From assembly GCA_045589295.1 (NCBI GenBank), contig JAZNOU010000006.1:1-45891 (forward strand): a stretch of 45,891 nucleotides of DNA, written 5' to 3'. Position numbers and translations under genes: made by a program. Below are positions 37,778-45,891 of this stretch, one piece after another; the first letter of the stretch is position 1, and each line of letters starts with the position of its first letter. Under the pieces are notes generated by a model. That model had not been told where the DNA came from. It saw only the letters and a list, made by a program, of their open reading frames with translations, and did not search any database. This DNA comes from Clostridia bacterium. Its GTDB lineage: Bacteria; Bacillota; Clostridia; RGIG6154.

Positions 37778-40546
37778 TTATTTGTAGTAAACCATCATGA
37801 TAGGTGCTCCCTGATTTGCAATAAGTACACCCTTTTCAATAACACCATTGCCATCATTATATGTTTTAATATCGTTTACTCTGATAGGTTCAAAAATATT
37901 TGCCTTTGTATTAACTTCAATAATTAATGTAGCCGCTATATTATAAACTCTCTTTGTTGGATTTGGACTGAACTCTTCGAGCTTTAAGCTTGTGTTACTT
38001 GATGATACCTGTCTGAACAACCAATAATCAAACACAAGTTCTGCTGCATTTCTTTCCACTCTGTTGATGTAGAATGGAAGTACACAGTTAACGTCTGTTA
38101 AATACATGTAGTCTCTTTGGATCTTTGAAATATCAAAGTCATGCATAATTCCGTATTCACATTCTTCAAAGTAGTACTGTGAACCCGGATTAACTACCTT
38201 ACCCTGACTATAGTCGTAGCAAACAATAATACAATCGTCACGGATCATATTACCATCTAATGTGTAAGCAACAACATCACCAACGCCAGCTACAATCGGA
38301 TTAGTTGTGCACTGTCCAAGACCACACTGACAAACAAGTGTAGTGTCGCTTTCTGTCATGTATTCAAGATACTCATCCCCATCAGTGATAGTAACCTTTT
38401 TAACCGGATTACCTTCATCGTTGATGGTTTCTCTTACTTTTGTAATAACACCGTAAGTAGGAAGGTCCTGACTGTGCGGTTTTGTATAGTTGATATTAAC
38501 GCTGTATACGATATTTTCTGCATACAATCCGCCGGTTTTTGTCGCATAAGCGGTTACCTTATATGAACCTCTTGAACTGATTTTTGAGTTTGAATAATCA
38601 GTAACGTAAGCATCTTCAATGCTCTGTCCTCTTGGGATAACAAATGCTTTTGCTCTTCCGTCTAATACAAATCTGTCGCTAAATGAATTAGCCTTTGAAT
38701 TGTAATAAATTTCTTCGTCATTTGCACCTCTCATAATGTGAAGTGTGTCATCAGACTCTGTTAAATAGTTTGGATTACCTGTTGCGATATCATATGGTGT
38801 GTCAATATAATTGATTTTACCGTCAGCATTAACTCTGTATCTGATAAGATTTGTTTTAAAGCCTACAAGATAGTTTGCAAGGGTCTCTTTACTTTTATAA
38901 AGCCTTCCGTCAACAACTACTCTGTCAGCTGTAGTAAAGTCTGAAATAGAGCTTCCATCTGTTAAAAGTCTGATTGTAAGAACATCATCCATTGCATTTT
39001 TGTAATGAAGATTTATAAGATAACCAACTTTAACTGAATCTTCTTCTTCATTAACACTGTAAACAAGCTCATTGTCAAATGTGAAATAAAATACCATATT
39101 TCTGCCAATTGCAATGTCACTTGGATTTGCAGTAACATAATCTGAATATGTCTTTGTTGCAATGTATTCTGTTTCTCCTACATAATAGCTGTTGCCGTCC
39201 ATTGTAGAGAGAATACCTGTTAATTTTTCATTAGAGTACTTAATTCTTGCACGCTTGCCGTCAGCTGTCTTTGCAACTGATAAAACAACGCCGCTGTTCA
39301 TTGAAGCAAGATCAAATAAAGCACCCTGCTTGTTAGTGATTATTAAGTCATTTTTTGCTTTTGACAAGTCAATATCAACGTCTGTGTAATTAGGATTACC
39401 ATAAATTATGCCGGCTTCAGCATCAACATTTTCAACTACAACAATTGTGTAGTCTGTAACCATAACTAAATCATAATAACCGTCGCCATCTGTATCAACA
39501 ATCTTAACATTACCATTTTCAGGCTTTAGCATCTGATCCATAGTTTTTGTAAATGATGCTTCTTTTGTTTCTGTTGAATAAGCGTGACCGTTGTAGATAA
39601 GTCTGTAATTTGCATTAAGAAATGCTTCTTCCGTATCGTTCTGAGCCTCATCTACATAATATTCATACTTAAGAGCTGAATATGTTGCAATGTCTTTATA
39701 ATCAAGTTCAATAATATCTGTTTTGTTTTCGTTAACATAAGCAAAGATTAAAATGTTTTTGTCTGCATCTTCGTCATACTTATAAAAACCTTCAACAGTG
39801 TAGCCCAAAAGGTCTTCCATTCCTGTCTGGTTTTCAAAAACTGACTGGCCGATTTTAATCTGGCCTTTATTTATTGATGAATCACCGATAAGCCCTGTAA
39901 CACCATCATCAATAACTGTTCCTTCTATCATATAAATGCCAAGTCTTTTTGACATGAACATTTCTTTTTCAGGATTGTTTGTTGTAGCATTGCCATCATA
40001 CATATTGGAGTTTGAAATATCTGCACGTAATGTATTGTAAACAAGCTTTAAAGCAGCTTTAGCTGTAACGTTTGTATTTGCTTCAAGCCCAACACCGCTT
40101 AAAAGACCTTTTGCAGCTGCAGCGGGAATGTATCCGCCGTAGTACTGTGCAAAATACTGGTCACCCATTAAGTTAACCAAAATTTTGCAAGCAGCTTCTG
40201 CTGTAAGTAATGCGTCAGGTTCAAAGTTGCCGTTTCCGTCACCAACAACAAAATACATCTGATAAAGGAGTGTTGTAACGTCAAAAATCGGGCTGTCTAC
40301 CGGAACATCTTTAAAAATCTGTGTTGTTGATAAACCTTTGTAGTTTTCAATAGGAATAAGTTTTGCTACCAATTTAGCAAATTCGCCTCTGGTAATCAAG
40401 GCTGTTTCATCAGCAAATGTGCCCTCTGCTACAATGCCTGCTTTATCCAAAAAAGCAGGGATTTTATCTGAAGACATTGCTGCACTTGCAGCAACTGATG
40501 TGAAAAGCATGGTAAATGCCAATATGAAACTTAAAAGCTTTCTCAT
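37778..40546 (-). CDS. S-layer-like protein with N-terminal SLH domains
   Basis: Signal peptide; ITRGEFAKLV, FKDVP...GDGNGNFEPDALLT; DTDGDGYYD Ca-binding-like motif. Confidence 0.82.
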   Translation of the reverse strand: MRKLLSFILAFTMLFTSVAASAAMSSDKIPAFLDKAGIVAEGTFADETALITRGEFAKLVAKLIPIENYKGLSTTQIFKDVPVDSPIFDVTTLLYQMYFVVGDGNGNFEPDALLTAEAACKILVNLMGDQYFAQYYGGYIPAAAAKGLLSGVGLEANTNVTAKAALKLVYNTLRADISNSNMYDGNATTNNPEKEMFMSKRLGIYMIEGTVIDDGVTGLIGDSSINKGQIKIGQSVFENQTGMEDLLGYTVEGFYKYDEDADKNILIFAYVNENKTDIIELDYKDIATYSALKYEYYVDEAQNDTEEAFLNANYRLIYNGHAYSTETKEASFTKTMDQMLKPENGNVKIVDTDGDGYYDLVMVTDYTIVVVENVDAEAGIIYGNPNYTDVDIDLSKAKNDLIITNKQGALFDLASMNSGVVLSVAKTADGKRARIKYSNEKLTGILSTMDGNSYYVGETEYIATKTYSDYVTANPSDIAIGRNMVFYFTFDNELVYSVNEEEDSVKVGYLINLHYKNAMDDVLTIRLLTDGSSISDFTTADRVVVDGRLYKSKETLANYLVGFKTNLIRYRVNADGKINYIDTPYDIATGNPNYLTESDDTLHIMRGANDEEIYYNSKANSFSDRFVLDGRAKAFVIPRGQSIEDAYVTDYSNSKISSRGSYKVTAYATKTGGLYAENIVYSVNINYTKPHSQDLPTYGVITKVRETINDEGNPVKKVTITDGDEYLEYMTESDTTLVCQCGLGQCTTNPIVAGVGDVVAYTLDGNMIRDDCIIVCYDYSQGKVVNPGSQYYFEECEYGIMHDFDISKIQRDYMYLTDVNCVLPFYINRVERNAAELVFDYWLFRQVSSSNTSLKLEEFSPNPTKRVYNIAATLIIEVNTKANIFEPIRVNDIKTYNDGNGVIEKGVLIANQGAPIMMVYYK

Positions 40547-40547
40547 A

Positions 40548-42089
40548 TTATGCTACCTCCTTTGTAATTGCATATACAAGCAATGCTGCCTGTGCACGTG
40601 TTGCTGTAGCCTTAGGTGCAAATGTGTTGTCACCCATGCCATTAATAATTCCTTTTGCCGCCAAAGCACTAACTGCTTCTTTAGCATAATCGCTGATTTC
40701 GCTATAATCTGCAAAATCTGTCTTGTTGGCATCAAATGTAACGCCATTTGCTTTCATAACGTTATAAATCATAACAGCCATATCTTCGCGTGTGATACTT
40801 CTGCCGTAACCGAATTTGCCTTCGCCTACGCCATTAATGAAACCTGCTGCTTTTGCTGATGCAACATAAGTAGCTGACCAGTCGCCTGCAGGGATATCAG
40901 TAAATTCATTCACTGCTAAAGAATTGTATTTGCCTGATGCAAGAATAATCATTTTTGCAAACTGCTCTCTTGTAACAAGGCCGTTTGGTTCAAAATAACC
41001 CTGGCTTGTACCTGCTACGATACCCTTTAATGAAAGAGCTTCGATAGCTTCCTTAGCCCATGAAACTGAACCTAAATCATAAAATGCAACTGTTGTCGCT
41101 GTGTTTGCGGAATTATCTTCCATTTCGCCTGACCATTCTCTGTCATTTGGAGCAGGTGCACCGCCTCCTGCACCGCCTGCACCGCCTGCACCGCCGAGGC
41201 CATTGTCTGTAGGTGCATTTGCAACAGCTGTATCAAATGCTACTTTGATTTCATCTGCGTTAGCAAAATCCTGATGTAAAGTAACTACTTTATTTACAAA
41301 CTGATCCTGAACGTATTGTTTGCCTGCGTCACTAAGAGCATCATACGCTGTAAAGCTTATGCCTTTCATACTTGCCGCATTGTTTCTCATTAATGTAATA
41401 AAGGTTGTTGCATAAGTTGTGTTGTTGAATTCTTTAACAAATGCTGCTTCAGTTTCAACCTTATCAACCAAAGCATAGAAGCTTTCCAAAATCTGAGCGT
41501 TTGTACCTGTTACATCAATATCCAATCTGTTAGTGTAAACTCTGTACTCAAACAACGCTTCTGATTGAGAAAAACGTGTTAAGTCAACACCGATCTGACC
41601 ATGTTCTTTAATTTTGTCCATAATCACATCTTGAGCAATATTACCTGTTTGAATTTGTTTTACCAGTGTTGCTGCACTTGCGGTACCTTCGATTGTAAAG
41701 TTTACACCCGCTGAGGTATAACCATCATATAATGCGTAAAAAGTTAAACTAGTTGGATTTTCAGCAACAAATGTAAATGTTGCTGAAAATTTACCTACTG
41801 TATCTGCAGATGCAGTTGTTGTTGCAATAGCTACAACCGCACCTGGTACTGAATAGTTTGATATAGGAGCATCAAGACCATTAAGTGCTAAAATTGTTAC
41901 ATATCTGTTTTCTAAAACAGAACCCATGTCGTTAACAAGGTTGCCTGATACTCTGATTTTTCCCTGTACAGCATCCAAAATTTCAATGTTAGTTGAATTA
42001 AACGGAATGCTTACTGCTGCTGATACGGGAAGTGCACATACTGACACTATTAAACAAAGTGTCAGCAATAATGTTAGTGCTTTTTTCAT
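40548..42089 (-). CDS. Cell-wall anchor protein: N-terminal Ig-like module, helical region, Gly/Ala linker, three C-terminal SLH domains
   Basis: Signal peptide; FYDLGSVSWAKEAI...VTREQFAKMI, FTDI...ITREDMAVMI, FADYSEISDYA...ATRAQAA. Confidence 0.9.
   Translation of the reverse strand: MKKALTLLLTLCLIVSVCALPVSAAVSIPFNSTNIEILDAVQGKIRVSGNLVNDMGSVLENRYVTILALNGLDAPISNYSVPGAVVAIATTTASADTVGKFSATFTFVAENPTSLTFYALYDGYTSAGVNFTIEGTASAATLVKQIQTGNIAQDVIMDKIKEHGQIGVDLTRFSQSEALFEYRVYTNRLDIDVTGTNAQILESFYALVDKVETEAAFVKEFNNTTYATTFITLMRNNAASMKGISFTAYDALSDAGKQYVQDQFVNKVVTLHQDFANADEIKVAFDTAVANAPTDNGLGGAGGAGGAGGGAPAPNDREWSGEMEDNSANTATTVAFYDLGSVSWAKEAIEALSLKGIVAGTSQGYFEPNGLVTREQFAKMIILASGKYNSLAVNEFTDIPAGDWSATYVASAKAAGFINGVGEGKFGYGRSITREDMAVMIYNVMKANGVTFDANKTDFADYSEISDYAKEAVSALAAKGIINGMGDNTFAPKATATRAQAALLVYAITKEVA
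41157..41195. repeat. 9-bp coding tandem repeat (TGCACCGCC x4) encoding a GGA linker
   Basis: Copies at 41157, 41169, 41178 and 41187; protein GGAGGAGGAGGGA before the SLH domains. Confidence 0.85.
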
Positions 42090-42106
42090 GCTAAATTACC
42101 CCCTAA

Positions 42107-45100
42107 TTATCTGCTTGTTATTTCATCAGGAAGCTGCATAAGTCTTCCCATAGAACCGTCTGTCTTAGCTTCCCAGATATACATTCTTACAATCTTAGCC
42201 CCTGTTCTGCCTGCAAATGTATTAAAGTCAAAGTTTGCAGCTGTGCTTCCGCTTGGGATTGTAACATACTGAATACCGATAAGCTCTTCTTTTTCATTAA
42301 ATGCTGCAACTGCTGCAATTACGTCTTTGTCGTGTGCACCTGAAAGATTCATTGTGTAAGTAAATCTTGTTGCAGTTTCCATTGCTGTGCTAAAGCAGTT
42401 AAAGCTTGCTTTACTTGCTACTGCATCAATATAAACATTTAATGCTTTTGCAGTGGTAAACGGATATGAAAGACCTCCAAATGCTTCGCCATCTTCGGAC
42501 TTAAGTGTTTGTGGAATTCCATTTACTTTTGTTGTTGCCTTAACTTCTAAGATATAGTCGGTCTGATATTTAAGTCCGTTCTTAGGAACAATTGTAATAA
42601 CATTTCCGTTTGTAATTGTAATATTAGCATCAACTATATTGCCTTCGCTGTCTTTTACAGTAACGAGGTCTTCAAGAGTATCATCTTTAAGTGAATCTTC
42701 AATAAGTTTTACAGATTCAGCGTTAAGTTTCTTTGTTAATGTAAGGGTAATATCATCGTCTTCCTTAACATTGTCTTTCGGAACGTCAACGTGTGTTCTG
42801 AATTTTGTTTCTTTTGTGATTTTCCAATCATCATAGTAAACTACAACAGGTGAACCTGAGTCTGCACCAACAATTTTTGACATCATACCGTCAATAGTAC
42901 TATAGTTTGAAGCAAATGCAATTTCGCTTACAAGTTTTCCGTCAAGATAAACATGATGTGAAGGTGTTAACTGTCCGGTTGCAGCAAACTCATTTGCAGA
43001 GAACACAAACTCAATAGTATGCCATTCATCTGTTGTAAAGAGTGCATCTACGCTACCTGCTACTCCTGTTGAAACAGTGGCTGCAGTGTTATACATATGG
43101 AATTTAGGTGATCCGTCTGTGTGTCTTGCAAAGTTAGAGTCGTTGATTTCCACGCCTGTTCTGCTTGTAGCACCAAGGATGTAAGACGCGTTACGAAGCT
43201 GCTGTGAGCTTAACGGAACGTGAGGTACCGAACTGCTAGGAACATATATGCGTGAACTCATACGAATAACTGTGTATTGATCTTCTGTAATTGTTTCCTG
43301 CTTATCTAATGCTCTTTTTACTATATGATAGTTAGGAGCTGTAGAATTTGATGTTGAAGACGCAAGAACTGAGCCGTCTTTTCCATAGTAACCAGTATTG
43401 TTCATCAATACCATGTTGTCACCATCCGGGTCTGCAGGGTCCTTTACAATCTTAACTTCGGCATCTCTGTATTCTGCACCGATTTTTTCTAATGTAAAGA
43501 TTGAAGGTTTTTTGTCCGGACTTGTATACCAGTTTACATAAGGTGTAAATTCAATTCCTTTTTCTGCTTTTTCAATGCTGTTTTCAAAGTTTTCTTCAAG
43601 CAATACAACTGTGTCAAAGTTTGCGTCTCCAGGAAGAGCACTTCCTGAGCCTGCACCTTCACCAGCCAAATCGCCTACTACTTTGCTTGCTGTATTCACA
43701 GTAATCATAACAGCAGCAAGTTGTTCGCCCTTGATGCTAACCAACGAGCCATCTTTTGATGTAATCTTATAAGAACCACCTGTGATATCAAGGTCTTTGA
43801 GCTGAAGTGTAACAACTTTTTTATCCTCTGAAACTGTAACTGTTAAGCCACTTACTCTTAAGTTTTCCTGATTTTCAACAACAAATGCATCATTGATAGC
43901 ATTCGCGCTTTCATCATTCAAAGGATATGTTAATTCAATATTAATTGCTTTTTCTGTTTTTGGCTCATAGCCTGTAATACTGCTTTCATATGTTGCTTTG
44001 AATGGTAAGATTTTAAAGCTGTACTCAAATTCAAGCTTTCTTCCTCTTCTGTCAATAAGCTTATCTGTAGCTTTAATTGTGTGCATACCTTTGCCAAGTC
44101 TAAGACCTGAAAGCTGGAGTGTGATTGTGTCATCATCTGTTTTTGCAGCGTTATTTGCATTATATGTAGCCTGAATGCCTTCAATCTTAGTGCCGTTTTC
44201 GTCCACAACTTCAAAACCTGTAGCAAATTCTTCTGCTGCAAGTGTAGCCGGTGAAGACAAGCCAAGTAAAATAGTCTGGTCTTTGCCTTCTACATATTCA
44301 GTAATAACGCCTGTACCAGGTTCAGAATATATAACCATAAAGTCAACAGTGTTGAAAGAAATACTTACATTTGCGAAAAGTCCATCAGCATTTGCTAATT
44401 TACCATCAACTGATTCGATCATATGTTTGCCATCGCCAAGCTGAAGTCCTGAAAGCTGAAGTTTTACAATATCCTTTGTTTCGCCGAATTCTGCAGCAAG
44501 ACCCGGGATATTCTTTCCGTCCTTATCTGTTACGATAAATGCGTTTGAAAGGTCGGTATTATCAGCGAGAACTTCTTCAAATTTAATTGTAATAACCTGA
44601 TCTTTTCCTAAATCGTAACTAGGAACTGCTGCAGGTGTAATGCTTTCAACCAAAAGTTTTCTTGCTGTTGTAAACTCTACTTCTCTGTTTGTTGTAGGAG
44701 TGTAAGGAATGTAACAGTCAACAAAAGTCGCACTTGTACCGTCTGCTTTTGCCATTTTTGCACCTGTACTTCCTGATGCAGGTGTGTATGTGCATTCAGC
44801 GGCACCAATCATATACTTGCCGTTTGTTGCTGTATAGTTTTCATTAATTGGATACTCGTACCACTCATATTCCTGGGTAATAGATGTTCCGTAAATGTCT
44901 TTTATTGTATCATTTAATACAACTTTATAATTGCTTTCACTAACAAGTGACTTAGCTAAAACAACTCTTAATTTTTTGCCGCCTTCTTCGAGTGTAGCAC
45001 TCTTAACAGCGTTTACAACCTTATTACCTTCTGCATCAAGAACATTAACGCTTTCATTAATTGTTGCAGGGTCAACTTCACCTGTAAATGTATATACTAC

Positions 45101-45891
45101 AGAATCTGTTGAAGGTTCAAAAGCAGTTTCGCTTCCGACAAGCTCAACATCGCTAACGCTGAAGCTGTCTATGAGATAAGCTTTAAAGTTATCCACATAG
45201 ATTTCCATGCCATTTACACTACCCCAAACACCATAAATTGTGTCTGCAAAGTTAAATTCCTGACCCTGATAACCTGCAGGGAGCAAGCCTGTATATGTCA
45301 AACCACTTCTTTTATGTCCGCTTAATACGCTGTTTGCAGTATTTTTCAAAACTGCACCATTGTTGTAAACAGTGATTGTATCTACTTCGCCTGTCTGGTC
45401 AAGGATAATTTTAATTTTTCCGGCATCATTCTTATAGTTGTGTGCAGATGCAGGTGTACCATACCACATATATATAGGACCGTAAGATGAGTTTGCCCAT
45501 GTGCCTTCTTCAACACGGAAGTTGCCGGCTGTTTGTAATGTAGGTTTCCATGCACCAGAGTTTGGATAATCAAAAATCTTTGCTTGATTTCTTGAAGGTG
45601 CAAAGAATGATGACTGATGCGCACCAGATGAAATTATTTTAACATCCGCTTCGTAAACAAGCTTTTTGCCTGCATACTCTCCGCTTGTTAAAGAAATGCC
45701 CTGAGTGCCATTAAAGTTTCTTCTGAATGTCATATAGTCGGTATCGTAGTCGGTTGCTCTGTCATTATAAAGTCTTAAGGCACCGCCTGAGAAGTTACCG
45801 CCAAGATTCATATTTGAAACATCTACAACAGAAATACTATCGTTTGTATTTGTAGTTGAATGTCTTAAATAGGACTGGATATCCCAATTGC
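42107..45891 (-). CDS. Very large surface protein, 5' end outside the window: lectin-like domains, about five Ig-like (Big_5-like) repeats and a C-terminal 'YIWE' module
   Basis: Frame is open from the window end through ATG 45811; repeats of the type I...F...L...F.V.D..G...V.LQL..L...G...I...L....G; ConA-like endings IYVDNFKAY and VYYDDWKI. Confidence 0.8.
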   Translation of the reverse strand, partial: NWDIQSYLRHSTTNTNDSISVVDVSNMNLGGNFSGGALRLYNDRATDYDTDYMTFRRNFNGTQGISLTSGEYAGKKLVYEADVKIISSGAHQSSFFAPSRNQAKIFDYPNSGAWKPTLQTAGNFRVEEGTWANSSYGPIYMWYGTPASAHNYKNDAGKIKIILDQTGEVDTITVYNNGAVLKNTANSVLSGHKRSGLTYTGLLPAGYQGQEFNFADTIYGVWGSVNGMEIYVDNFKAYLIDSFSVSDVELVGSETAFEPSTDSVVYTFTGEVDPATINESVNVLDAEGNKVVNAVKSATLEEGGKKLRVVLAKSLVSESNYKVVLNDTIKDIYGTSITQEYEWYEYPINENYTATNGKYMIGAAECTYTPASGSTGAKMAKADGTSATFVDCYIPYTPTTNREVEFTTARKLLVESITPAAVPSYDLGKDQVITIKFEEVLADNTDLSNAFIVTDKDGKNIPGLAAEFGETKDIVKLQLSGLQLGDGKHMIESVDGKLANADGLFANVSISFNTVDFMVIYSEPGTGVITEYVEGKDQTILLGLSSPATLAAEEFATGFEVVDENGTKIEGIQATYNANNAAKTDDDTITLQLSGLRLGKGMHTIKATDKLIDRRGRKLEFEYSFKILPFKATYESSITGYEPKTEKAINIELTYPLNDESANAINDAFVVENQENLRVSGLTVTVSEDKKVVTLQLKDLDITGGSYKITSKDGSLVSIKGEQLAAVMITVNTASKVVGDLAGEGAGSGSALPGDANFDTVVLLEENFENSIEKAEKGIEFTPYVNWYTSPDKKPSIFTLEKIGAEYRDAEVKIVKDPADPDGDNMVLMNNTGYYGKDGSVLASSTSNSTAPNYHIVKRALDKQETITEDQYTVIRMSSRIYVPSSSVPHVPLSSQQLRNASYILGATSRTGVEINDSNFARHTDGSPKFHMYNTAATVSTGVAGSVDALFTTDEWHTIEFVFSANEFAATGQLTPSHHVYLDGKLVSEIAFASNYSTIDGMMSKIVGADSGSPVVVYYDDWKITKETKFRTHVDVPKDNVKEDDDITLTLTKKLNAESVKLIEDSLKDDTLEDLVTVKDSEGNIVDANITITNGNVITIVPKNGLKYQTDYILEVKATTKVNGIPQTLKSEDGEAFGGLSYPFTTAKALNVYIDAVASKASFNCFSTAMETATRFTYTMNLSGAHDKDVIAAVAAFNEKEELIGIQYVTIPSGSTAANFDFNTFAGRTGAKIVRMYIWEAKTDGSMGRLMQLPDEITSR

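Noticed and set aside
39475-39500. DTDGDGYYD as a dockerin
   Set aside because: Single internal Ca-binding-like loop without the duplicated dockerin repeat.
1-45891. CRISPR array, rRNA, prophage, integrase/transposase or recognisable defence genes
   Set aside because: No regularly spaced repeats, rRNA-like sequence or matching protein motifs were seen.

Overview
Low-GC chromosomal segment from a spore-forming Clostridia-class bacterium (inferred from spoIIP, abrB with a Spo0A box, SLH proteins and sigma-A promoters). Bases 1-28.8 kb are mostly housekeeping and transport genes: a nonsense-interrupted MATE pump, TRAP-TAXI transporter, ECF-S/coaX, lepA-hemW-AKR, abrB, miaB, pncB, rsmE, an ICDH/IPMDH-family gene, a DUF2974 lipase-like gene, an AraC/nitrilase/hydroxyacid dehydrogenase locus, tRNA-Gln and tRNA-Leu flanking a small AT-rich islet, spoIIP, a U32 protein, trkAH and azlCD. 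Bases 28.8-45.9 kb are one minus-strand cluster of very large secreted proteins (an Ig/lectin-repeat protein, two SLH proteins, two paralogous beta-helix CAZyme-like proteins) ending in a sugar isomerase. Best novelty candidates: (1) two unnamed terminal modules, an N-terminal 'SG...G.F...F.F' module and a C-terminal 'A.[YF].....L...[FY].W' module, distributed across the surface cluster in a way that suggests a non-cohesin/dockerin head-to-tail assembly anchored by SLH; (2) structured elements carrying antisense copies of the cognate tRNA T-arm directly downstream of both tRNAs; (3) a 156-bp MITE with perfect 18-bp terminal inverted repeats. All family calls come from motif recognition by eye; no database searches were run.
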